From Desulfomicrobium sp. (GTDB lineage Bacteria; Desulfobacterota; Desulfovibrionia; Desulfovibrionales; Desulfomicrobiaceae), in assembly GCA_040768745.1 (NCBI GenBank), contig JAXGMI010000001.1, positions 1,760,001 to 1,824,000 of the forward strand: 64,000 nucleotides of DNA. Reading direction: 5' to 3'. Position 1 is the stretch's first letter. Each line of letters starts with the position of its first letter. The notes under the pieces are model-generated. The model was not told where the DNA came from and did not search any database. It saw nothing but the letters and a program-made list of their open reading frames with translations. This document shows, one piece after another, positions 9,244 to 17,765 of this stretch. Both the position numbers and the translations under genes were made by a program.

Positions 9244-10159
9244 GGCTGGACTCCAGGCAGGGGTGGTTGCCGCTCTCGGCCGGACAGGGACAGGCGTGGA
9301 CCTCCACAGTGACGCGACCGAGATGGGGCACTCCGACCACAAGTTCCTTGTAATATTCCGGGGGCCGGGGCGTAGTGTCCTCCACGGTGAGGTGGGCCGC
9401 CAGGCGTCGGGGGCCCACGTTCCAGACATAGAGGTCCCGGACCCGGACTTCGCCGCCGTGCTCAATGCGTTGAGTGATCTGCTTGTGCAGGCTCGGGTCG
9501 GCGCGGTGGTCCAGGAGGACCCTGGCGGTCTGGCGCAACAGGCCCAGGGCCCAGCGGCCTACGACCAGCGCCCCGACGATGCCCATGACCGGGTCCAGCC
9601 AAGCCAGACCCCAGAATCTGCCGCCCAGGAGGGCCATGATGGCCAGGATCGAGGTCAAGGCATCGGCCAAAACGTGCATATAGGCGGCCTTCAGGTTATG
9701 GTCGTGGTCGTGGACATGGTCCTCGTCGCGCAGCCACCAGGCGCTCACCAGGTTGACCGTCAGGCCGATGACGGCCACCAGGGTTGCGGGGCCGAAAGAG
9801 ATGGGTACGGGAGACACGATTCGCATGACCGACTCCGCGCCCATGAAGGCGGCCACGAGGAACAGGCCCACGGCCGAGGCAAACCCGGCCAGGGCGTTGA
9901 CCTTGCCGGCTCCGAAGACAAGATCCGGGTTGTCGGCGTTGCGGCGGGCCCAGAAATAGGCGAACCAGGCCACGGCCATGGCTCCGGCGTGGCTGGCCAT
10001 GTGCCATCCGTCGGCCAGCAGGGCCATGGAGCCGAAGAGCCAGCCTGAGATAATCTCCACGGCCATGGTGGCCATGGTAAGCCAGAAGACGAGGCGCGTG
10101 CCGCGTTCGCCGTATTCATGGTCGTGGTTGTGCCCGGAGGAACAGGAGTGGTCGTGCAT
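9236..10159 (-). CDS. dmeF: CDF-family Co/Ni/Zn efflux transporter (DmeF-like)
   Basis: SMALLADGWHMASH, His-rich N-terminus and loop (HVHDHDHN), AAYMHVLADALTS; AGAGGA RBS. Confidence 0.85.
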   Translation of the reverse strand: MHDHSCSSGHNHDHEYGERGTRLVFWLTMATMAVEIISGWLFGSMALLADGWHMASHAGAMAVAWFAYFWARRNADNPDLVFGAGKVNALAGFASAVGLFLVAAFMGAESVMRIVSPVPISFGPATLVAVIGLTVNLVSAWWLRDEDHVHDHDHNLKAAYMHVLADALTSILAIMALLGGRFWGLAWLDPVMGIVGALVVGRWALGLLRQTARVLLDHRADPSLHKQITQRIEHGGEVRVRDLYVWNVGPRRLAAHLTVEDTTPRPPEYYKELVVGVPHLGRVTVEVHACPCPAESGNHPCLESSHG

Positions 10160-10174
10160 GGGGTCCTCTATTTG

Positions 10175-10229
10175 TTTGATTGTCTCAAATTTTGAATATC
10201 AAATAAAAATGGAAATTTTGATTGTCAAA
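10175..10229. promoter_or_regulatory. Three TTTGA-Nx-TCAAA palindromes, candidate operator of the dmeF-marR operon
   Basis: TTTGATTGTCTCAAA 10175-10189, TTTGAATATCAAA 10191-10203, TTTGATTGTCAAA 10217-10229. Confidence 0.5.
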
Positions 10230-10399
10230 CTGAATTTTGGACGTGGCGGAAAGGTGCACAACGCCCCGTTGCCGCAGCAGGAGCAGTGGTCCCGACTCCC
10301 TGTTCCGGTCGCGGACGGGACTGCCGGCTCTTGTCCGGGGATTGACAATTGCCGCGCGCTTTGAAAATCCCGGGAACAAATATTTTTCTGGAGGCAACA

Positions 10400-10666
10400 G
10401 TGCAGGACAAGGACGGAATATTCTACTACCCCTACCCGGCCAAGAAGCGCATCCGCATGTACGTGCGCGAAAACGAGGGCAACATCGAGTTCCGGATGAG
10501 CAACGCCGATTATCCCGAGATCTGGGAGAAGCATGGCTGGATCGACATCGACATCGTCCGCCGCGGCGCCAAGATGTACGAGGAGCGCGGCTCCAAGGGC
10601 GATCCGACGAAGATTTACGACTTGGAGATGGCCCGTTATCTCATCAAAGAATCCAAGAAGAAGTGA
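10400..10666 (+). CDS. Hypothetical protein, 88 aa
   Basis: GGAGG RBS at 10390-10394 before GTG, host-like codon usage, upstream TTGACA at 10342. Confidence 0.8.
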   Translation: MQDKDGIFYYPYPAKKRIRMYVRENEGNIEFRMSNADYPEIWEKHGWIDIDIVRRGAKMYEERGSKGDPTKIYDLEMARYLIKESKKK

Positions 10667-11382
10667 TGAGGACGGGCCCGGACCTGGCCATTGCCGGCCT
10701 CGTGCAGGTAGCCGGTATCCGCAGCCTGGCCGAGGCGCGCATGGTCAGGGCCTGCGGGGTGGATTTCCTCGGCTTTCCCCTGCGGCTGTCGGTGCATGAT
10801 CCTGATACGACCGAGGATGATGCTCGCTCGATCATGGCTGCGGTGGGTCCGCAGAACTGCGTTCTGATCACGTACGAGACGGATCCATACAGCCTTTTGG
10901 CATTCTGTCGTTTTCTGGGGGTGGACATTGTCCAGCTCCATGCCGACGTCCCGCCTGAAACCATACGCCTAATAAAAGCCAGAGCTGCTCTCCGCATCAT
11001 CAAAAGTTACGTCGTGGGTCGGGACTCCTTGAGTCCAAAGGATTTTGTACGGGCCTATGCCGTATCCTGTGATGCCTTCATTACCGATACCTTCGATCCC
11101 GTCAGCGGGGCCAGCGGCGCCACGGGGAAGACCCATGACTGGACCGTCAGCGCCGAGCTGGTCCGCTGTTCCACACGACCGGTCATCCTGGCCGGAGGGC
11201 TGGATCCGGACAATGTGCGGGAGGCCATCAGAATCGTGCGTCCTGCAGCCGTGGACGCACACACCGGCGTGGAAGCCCCCGATGGATCCAAGGATGAAAC
11301 CCTGGTGCGTTCCTTCGTGCAGGAGGCCCGGGTCGGGTTTGCGCATGTGCTCGATCATGCCCAGTGGGGGCGTCCACGGTAA
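10666..11382 (+). CDS. Phosphoribosylanthranilate isomerase-like TIM-barrel protein (TrpF family, atypical)
   Basis: DFLGF, VQLH, GATGKTHDW, ILAGGL, D..TGVE; VQVAG replaces VKICG; TGATG coupling. Confidence 0.8.
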   Translation: MRTGPDLAIAGLVQVAGIRSLAEARMVRACGVDFLGFPLRLSVHDPDTTEDDARSIMAAVGPQNCVLITYETDPYSLLAFCRFLGVDIVQLHADVPPETIRLIKARAALRIIKSYVVGRDSLSPKDFVRAYAVSCDAFITDTFDPVSGASGATGKTHDWTVSAELVRCSTRPVILAGGLDPDNVREAIRIVRPAAVDAHTGVEAPDGSKDETLVRSFVQEARVGFAHVLDHAQWGRPR

Positions 11383-11395
11383 GGGCCTCCACATT

Positions 11396-12386
11396 TCAGG
11401 TTGAATTCCTGGGCAAGATGGGAATACTTTCCCCGTGCCGGACCACGAAAATCTCCTCTTCGGAAATCCCCGCCTTTTTCAGGGCCAGTGCCAAGTCCCG
11501 AGGAGGCTGGTCCAGAGGCTCGTCCGAGATGCCATTGAACGTACCCCAATGGATGCCCAGGGACCTTCGGGCTCGGATGTCTCTGTGTACCCGCACCGCT
11601 TCGTCGGGATTCACATGCTGGTTGCACATGAACCAGCGTGGTTCATACGCCCCGATGGGGATGGCCGCTAGGTCGAAGGGGCCGTAGCGGTGTCCAATTA
11701 CCGTACAGTCAGCGGAATACCCGAGATCACCTGCGAAGAAAAATCGGGTTTGCGGTGTCCGGAGCGCGAATCCCCCCCCACAGAGACCGGTTTGTGTCCG
11801 CCAGATTGCGTCCGCTCCAATGCTGCACCGCCACAAAGACGATTTCAAGTTCATCCATCTGCACTGACTCATCCCACCCCATGGTCCGGATTTTTGCGCG
11901 AGGAACGTTGGACGCAAACCAGTGGTCAAGCCCCAGAGGAACAAGAAAAAGGAGTTTATTGTTCCGTTCGGCCAAGATCTGCACCGATGCACGATCGAGG
12001 TGGTCGTAATGATTGTGCGAAATAAGCACCACATCGATGTCCGGCAGGTCATGCAGGGTGATGCCCGGAGCCTGCCACCGCTTCGGCCCCAGTCCCGGCA
12101 ACGGCGAGGCATGAAGAGAGAAATGGGGATCAGTCAGTATGTTGCGTTTGCCCATCTGCACCAGCAGAGTGGAATGACCAATCCAGGTCACGTTTCCGTC
12201 GCAGTGGTCGCCGTGGATCAGGCTCAGATTTGGTTTTGCGGGCGAGAGCTCCTGGTTGGGAGGCATGGGCAGACCCCGCCGGCGACGTTCGCGGTGCCAG
12301 CGCAGGAGATCGGTGAGGGTGGGGCGGCCGTGCGGGTGGCGGTTTTGAAAAGGAGGTGTGGCCCGGTGGAGAAGCCTCCAGGCCAT
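11396..12386 (-). pseudogene. MBL-fold hydrolase (NAPE-PLD/RomA-like) split by a +1 frameshift in a G8 tract at 11772-11779
   Basis: N-half (TWIGHST, TDP, SHNHYDHLD, QHWSGR, SLWGG) and C-half (FFAGDLGY, IPIGAYEPRWFM..QHVNP, IHWGTF) in different frames; G7 would join them. Confidence 0.8.
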
Positions 12387-12420
12387 GGACAGGGGGGAAA
12401 TGGAGGCCGCCCGCCCTTGG

Positions 12421-13059
12421 CTATCGTGAATTGATGGTGATCGCTTCAAGCGTGGTCAAGTTGGTCCTGGTGCGGGTCCCGGGGGCGTTGACCAGGTGCC
12501 AGGCCGTGTACTGTTCCGCATAGAGGGTGCCGGCAGACATGCCATCCACGGGCACGATGACGGAAAGTCCACGCATGGCGGCGCCGGTGGACGTGTGCAG
12601 GACTGCTCCCTCTGCTGTCGTGCCGGTGACGATGACGGTGTTGACCCCGAGTTTTTTCAGGATGCTGTCGAGTTCTGTGTTGTAGAATTTGTCGACCGTG
12701 GACTGGACAATGGGCTCTGCCGGCAGGGGTCTGGCCGGTGGCAGGATGCTCTCCGGCGTGCCCCTGGTGGTCAGGCTGTGCACCACGGGCATGCCCGCTG
12801 CCCTGGCCTTGGCCAGGAACGCTCCGATTCTGGGTGCGGACTCCACACAGCGCGGACGAACCTCCATGTTGCAGGTACGCTCCTCAATGTCGAGGACGAG
12901 CAAGGCCGTGTCCGTGGCGTTCACCGTTACGGCCTTGAGTTCCACGGGCGCTGGAGGCTGGACGGCGGCCCATTCGTCGACAATGGTTCCGGCCGCGGCT
13001 GCGGACGGAACCAGAAGCAGGATTGCCAGCATGATGTTGACGACGCGTGATGTTTTCAT
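12421..13059 (-). CDS. Isochorismatase/cysteine-hydrolase-fold protein with signal peptide
   Basis: TALLVLD, ARAAGMPVVH, T.LDSILK.LGV.TVIVTG; Sec-type leader ending AAA; GGAGG RBS. Confidence 0.8.
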   Translation of the reverse strand: MKTSRVVNIMLAILLLVPSAAAAGTIVDEWAAVQPPAPVELKAVTVNATDTALLVLDIEERTCNMEVRPRCVESAPRIGAFLAKARAAGMPVVHSLTTRGTPESILPPARPLPAEPIVQSTVDKFYNTELDSILKKLGVNTVIVTGTTAEGAVLHTSTGAAMRGLSVIVPVDGMSAGTLYAEQYTAWHLVNAPGTRTRTNLTTLEAITINSR

Positions 13060-13105
13060 GAAATCCTCCCGTGTGGTTGCCCAGGGTTAGGCGGTCGGAG
13101 CCCCT

Positions 13106-13558
13106 TCAGCGTGATTCCACCGGCGCCAGGACATTGTCCGGGGCCTTGCTGCCGGCCTTGCGGATATTGTACACCCCGCGGCCCTCGGCAATGACCACGT
13201 CCGGATCGGTGGCGGAGTAGACCTGTACCGTGGCGTTGCCGACCCGATTGCCAAGGAGCTTCACTTCACCGATGGCGATGAGATCCGCAGGATCGGCCGG
13301 CCGCAGGTAGTCCACCCGCATGTCGATGGTGGCCACCCTGTCCCTGACCGAGCAGGCCGCCCACACAGCCGAGCCGGCGCATGTGTCCGCCAGCATGGAA
13401 ATGAGCCCGCCATGCAGGGCCGGCCGTCGGGGATCACCTATGAATTCAGGTCGGTACGGCATGCGCAAACGAGCGTACCCGGGCCGGATCTCCTCCACTT
13501 GCAGCCCCAGGAAACGGTCAAAAGGGATTTCCCGTTCAATGATGTGGCGAATGTCCAT
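13106..13558 (-). CDS. PaaI-family hotdog thioesterase
   Basis: PFDRFLG, LHGG..SMLAD, TIDMRVDYLRP. Confidence 0.88.
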   Translation of the reverse strand: MDIRHIIEREIPFDRFLGLQVEEIRPGYARLRMPYRPEFIGDPRRPALHGGLISMLADTCAGSAVWAACSVRDRVATIDMRVDYLRPADPADLIAIGEVKLLGNRVGNATVQVYSATDPDVVIAEGRGVYNIRKAGSKAPDNVLAPVESR

Positions 13559-13713
13559 GCGGCACCTCGTTGGGAATGTTAGGATTACAACATGGGGAAA
13601 GAAGGGTGCTGCGTCAAGGGCAGGAATGCATTTTTTGGCTGCCTCAGGCCGCGTTGACAGGCGTCCTGGGTCGGTTTAACCACATCAAGATCATTCAAAT
13701 TCAACCCCCAGCC

Positions 13714-14337
13714 ATGCCAGCCGAACGCCCCTCACGCCCTGAAACCACCATCCGCGAGATGGAACTGGACGACCTCGCGCCCGTATATCACATGGGGGAG
13801 CGCCTGTTCACCTGCGACCTCTATCCTTTCCTGTACCGCACCTGGGACGAGTGGGAAGTTGTCGGACACTACAACACGGATCCGGAATTCAGCCTCGTGG
13901 CCGAGGTGGACGATGTTCTGGCCGGATTCATCCTCGGCACCCTTATCAGCAAGGCCTCGTGGACCTATGGGTACATTGTCTGGCTGGGAGTGGACAGGCC
14001 CTATCAATCCACGGGGGTGGCTCACAGGCTCTATGACCGTCTTGTGGAGCGCATGGTCGAGGCCGGGGCGCGCTACCTCATTGCCGATACCGATCCGAGC
14101 AATACCGCGGCGCTGAAGTTCTTCACCAAGAAAGGCTTTAAGGACGAGCGCAAGCATGTGGTCCTGTCCCTCAACCTCAGCCGGACCGAACGCTACCGTG
14201 CCATTCTGGACCGGCATGGCGAAGGGCATGGCGACGGGGAAGCCAAGCCCCGCAGATCACGGGGTGTCAAGACTGTGTCCAAGGCAGGCCAGCAGAAGCA
14301 CCTCTGTGGGACACCATTACTGGATGAGGAATCCTAG
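13714..14337 (+). CDS. GNAT-family N-acetyltransferase
   Basis: IREM, GYIVWLGVDRPYQSTGVA, N.AALKFFTKKGF. Confidence 0.85.
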   Translation: MPAERPSRPETTIREMELDDLAPVYHMGERLFTCDLYPFLYRTWDEWEVVGHYNTDPEFSLVAEVDDVLAGFILGTLISKASWTYGYIVWLGVDRPYQSTGVAHRLYDRLVERMVEAGARYLIADTDPSNTAALKFFTKKGFKDERKHVVLSLNLSRTERYRAILDRHGEGHGDGEAKPRRSRGVKTVSKAGQQKHLCGTPLLDEES

Positions 14338-14345
14338 CCGCGGCT

Positions 14346-15158
14346 TCAGTAACGGCGTTGGCAGTCCGGGCAATGGGTCGAGGTGCGACCCGCGATCTGT
14401 GACGTCGTCAGCGGCCGGCCGCAGGCAGGACAGGGCCTGTTCCTTTTGCCGTACACATTGAAGTGTTCCTGGAATATGCCGCTTTTGCCGTAGGCGTTGC
14501 GGAAATCACTGATGGTGCTGCCGCCGGCCTCAATGGCATCAAGCAGGATGCGGCGCAGTTCAGTGAACAGGGTGACGCGTCGGGGGCGTGGGATGTTGGA
14601 GGCGATACTGGCCGGATGGATGCGGGCTGCAAAGAGGGACTCGTCAGCGTAGATGTTGCCGATGCCGGCCAAAACCCTCTGATCCAGGAGCAGGCCTTTC
14701 ACCCCCGCACGACGTGCGCCAATGCACTGCGCCAGCTCTTCGGCGCTGGTTTCCAGTGGTTCAGGCCCCAGACTTCGAAAGAATTTCCAGCCATCGAGAT
14801 CCTCGGGTTCGAAGATGCCCCAGAAGCCGAACCGGCGTTGGTCCTCGAAGACGATCCTGTCCCCTTCCGCCAGTTCGAGCACCAGATGCGCGTGCCTGGG
14901 CAAATTCCGGTCCGGGCCAGCCAGCCACACCCGTCCGGTCATCTTCAAGTGGAATGCGAGCAGGCTGCCCCCTTCGAGGTCGAGCAGCAGAAGCTTGGCC
15001 CGGCGGTGGACGCGAAGGATGGCCTGCCCGTCCAGTCGCGACGGATCGCCAGCGCGCAGGACGCTTTTGGTCAGCACGCGGTGCGACGCGATGCGTTTCC
15101 CGTGGACAAGGGTGTGCAGGCCGCGGGCGATGGTTTCGACTTCAGGAAGTTCGGGCAT
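14346..15158 (-). CDS. mutM: Formamidopyrimidine-DNA glycosylase
   Basis: MPELPEVET, HLKMTG, LLDQ..LAGIGNIYADE, C4 zinc finger. Confidence 0.96.
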   Translation of the reverse strand: MPELPEVETIARGLHTLVHGKRIASHRVLTKSVLRAGDPSRLDGQAILRVHRRAKLLLLDLEGGSLLAFHLKMTGRVWLAGPDRNLPRHAHLVLELAEGDRIVFEDQRRFGFWGIFEPEDLDGWKFFRSLGPEPLETSAEELAQCIGARRAGVKGLLLDQRVLAGIGNIYADESLFAARIHPASIASNIPRPRRVTLFTELRRILLDAIEAGGSTISDFRNAYGKSGIFQEHFNVYGKRNRPCPACGRPLTTSQIAGRTSTHCPDCQRRY

Positions 15159-16360
15159 CAGTCGAGGGGGATGTGCAGGACGATGTCCTGGTTTGCTCTC
15201 CGGACCGTCAGCTGCAGGGGTTTTTTCTGTCGGGACGAGGCCATGGCCGCGAAGTGCAGATCAGTGACTTCGGTCAGATTGTTCCCTCCAGCTGCAATGA
15301 GCACATCACCGGGGCGCATGCCTGCCCTGTCGGCCAAGGAATCCGTATCGACGCTGTCGATCTTCAGCTGACCGGATTCGAAGACGATGTTCATGCCCAA
15401 CCTGCTTTTATGTTGGGATGGGCAGGAGAAGAAAAGGCTGTCTCCGGGCAGAGCACGCTGCGAGGCATCGGCCTGCATCTGGAAGTCCTCCCTGTCGCGC
15501 ACCGGCATAATGCTCAGGCAGCGAGCCTGAGCATCCAGGGTCTGCAACCGGTATTCGATGCCCCATCCATGCTCCACGTGCCCACTGCCGGCCAGGATGA
15601 GCATGGGCAGATCCAGCCTGGAGCGCCATGCCAGGGCTTGTTCGGCCATCATGGAGTCCCACAGGGCCTGGACCAGGAAGAAGCGCTCGGCCATGCTGGC
15701 CATGGGATTGGAGGCGCTGGGGACAAGATCGCCTCTGGCGGGTTCAGCCTCGCGCATTTTCTGGTGCATGTCGACCTGTTCCAGCAGGGCATTTCTCTGG
15801 ACCGGGCTGGCTTCGACGATCCTGCGCGGGAGGAGGTTTCTCTCGCCTTCGTCCAGACCTGCGGTCCCTTGGTCTCGATACCTGTTCACGACCTTGCGAG
15901 GTATGTTGAGGGCCACCACGGGCAGTCCGTAGGCGCGGGCTTTTTCAAAGATGGGCAGATACTGGGCATAAGGGTGCCCCCAGAGTTTTTCCCATCCCAC
16001 TTCCCGACCCAGGTCATGCGGACTGATCCTGCCGGCGTTGAAGCGCTCCAGTACAGGCTGGGCCGTGACGGGAAGCATCTCCAGACCAATGGAGAAATGC
16101 ATGCCAGACTGGGCCAGGATCTCGATGATATGGGCCTGGACGGCATGATCGCAGGGGTTGGTATGGCTTTCACCGACAAGGATGAAGTCCTTTGTGCTGG
16201 TGTATGCCACGACGTGCCCGTCCGAAAGGGGCTCCCCTGTGGCCGACAGGAAAGAGCCTGACGGCAACGTCCACGTGGTGGGCACCGCCGGAGGCCTGCT
16301 GGCGCAGCCGCACAAAAAGGCCAACAGGACCGGCGCGAGGCGCATGATGAGTGCAGGCAT
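15158..16360 (-). CDS. ChaN-family lipoprotein with C-terminal PDZ domain
   Basis: Lipobox LCGC, LVGESH.NP.DH..Q, GLEML, Q.LWD..MA, AGSGH; S.ADRAGMRPGD PDZ; TGATG coupling at both ends. Confidence 0.8.
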   Translation of the reverse strand: MPALIMRLAPVLLAFLCGCASRPPAVPTTWTLPSGSFLSATGEPLSDGHVVAYTSTKDFILVGESHTNPCDHAVQAHIIEILAQSGMHFSIGLEMLPVTAQPVLERFNAGRISPHDLGREVGWEKLWGHPYAQYLPIFEKARAYGLPVVALNIPRKVVNRYRDQGTAGLDEGERNLLPRRIVEASPVQRNALLEQVDMHQKMREAEPARGDLVPSASNPMASMAERFFLVQALWDSMMAEQALAWRSRLDLPMLILAGSGHVEHGWGIEYRLQTLDAQARCLSIMPVRDREDFQMQADASQRALPGDSLFFSCPSQHKSRLGMNIVFESGQLKIDSVDTDSLADRAGMRPGDVLIAAGGNNLTEVTDLHFAAMASSRQKKPLQLTVRRANQDIVLHIPLD

Positions 16361-17625
16361 CAATCCCAATTGCGTTTGTCCTCAATGAACCGGATTTGCG
16401 GCGGGAGGGTGCCGGGGGTGAGGATCTTCAAGGCCGGGCGGATCTTGATCTTCTCGCGGAACATGTGCAGCAGCTCCTCTTCGCGCTTGAAGCTGGACGC
16501 CTCGATGAGGAGGGTCATCTCGTCGATCCCGCCAGGATTGGTGACCTCGATCTGCCAGCGCTTGATCTCCTCGAACCCGGATATGACCTGTTCGACCTGG
16601 TGGGGGTACACGAACATACCCTTGATTCTGGCCGTGGTATCCACTCGGCCGACTATGTTGCCCAGGCGTGGGGAGGTCCGGCCGCAAGGGCAGGGAGCGC
16701 GGTCAACGTAGGAGAGATCACCGGTCGCCAGACGGATCAGGGGATAGGTCTTGTTAAAGGCAGTGACGACAATTTCACCGACTTCGCCATCCTTCAGCGG
16801 GATGCCTGTATCCGGGTGACAGATCTCCACGTATGCCCGGTTGGCAATGTGCAGCCCGTTCCTGTGGAAGCATTCGTAGCCGATGCAGCCCACGTCGGCA
16901 GTGCCGTAGCCCTGGCGCATGATCAGGTCGAACTTCTTTTCCAGGGTGGAACGCAATTTTTCGGAGAATTTTTCCCCTGTGACGAAGGCCACTTCCAGAT
17001 AGAGGTCCTTGCGCAGGTTGAGACCTTTTTCCTCGCCCTTCTGGGCCAGGTGCATGAGGTAGCTGGGTGTGCCCACGTACCCAGTCACGCGAAGCTTCTT
17101 CATGATGTCCAGCTGACTGCCTGTGTTTCCCGGGCCGGTGGGCACCACGGCACAGCTCAGCTGCCTGAGTGGCTCCTCGAACATGAGGCCGGCCGGAGCC
17201 ATGTGGTAGGGGAAGGTGTTCTGAACCAGGTCTCCGGAGCGGAACCCGGCTGCGTAGAAGCTTTCCGTCCATCCCCAGTAGTCGTCGCCCCGATCTTCGG
17301 GGTCGAAGATGGGTCCGGGAGAAAGGAAGACGCGCCGTAACTCGCCCAGGTCCTTGGTCAGCAGGCCACCCAGACGCGGACCCATGGACTGCAAGAAAAT
17401 GAGTTCCTTTTTCTTGATGATGGGAACGTGCTTCAGGTCGATGAGGTCGCGAAATTTTTCGACGGAAAACTGTGCGCGGTCGAAGCGTTTTTTGACGTCT
17501 TCGGAGTATCTGTACGCGTACGAGAGCAGTTCCTTGAGCTGGATTTGATAGTATTTCTGGCGTTCAGTGGCATCCAAGACTTCTCGCCGGCTGAAAATGC
17601 CTTCAGTGCGATCCTTGCGGGTCAT
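16360..17625 (-). CDS. Phenylacetate-CoA ligase family (PaaK-like) adenylate-forming enzyme
   Basis: GTPSYL, QGYGTAD, GEVGEIVVT, PLIRLATGD, CPCGR, GRVD. Confidence 0.85.
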   Translation of the reverse strand: MTRKDRTEGIFSRREVLDATERQKYYQIQLKELLSYAYRYSEDVKKRFDRAQFSVEKFRDLIDLKHVPIIKKKELIFLQSMGPRLGGLLTKDLGELRRVFLSPGPIFDPEDRGDDYWGWTESFYAAGFRSGDLVQNTFPYHMAPAGLMFEEPLRQLSCAVVPTGPGNTGSQLDIMKKLRVTGYVGTPSYLMHLAQKGEEKGLNLRKDLYLEVAFVTGEKFSEKLRSTLEKKFDLIMRQGYGTADVGCIGYECFHRNGLHIANRAYVEICHPDTGIPLKDGEVGEIVVTAFNKTYPLIRLATGDLSYVDRAPCPCGRTSPRLGNIVGRVDTTARIKGMFVYPHQVEQVISGFEEIKRWQIEVTNPGGIDEMTLLIEASSFKREEELLHMFREKIKIRPALKILTPGTLPPQIRFIEDKRNWD

Positions 17626-17709
17626 CAGCGCTTCTCCTTACGGGGCTCGATCCGGCCGTAGGGTCGGGGTTGAAAAGTGAAAGAAAATCCTTTTCTATAG
17701 GAACGGAAA

Positions 17710-17741
17710 AAGGATTTGCAAGAGCCTTCCTGCAAATCCTT
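17710..17741 (-). terminator. Probable terminator after trmI
   Basis: AAGGATTTGCA-N10-TGCAAATCCTT followed by T run on minus strand. Confidence 0.5.
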
Positions 17742-17765
17742 GGAATAGATGAAAATTGGGGGCTG

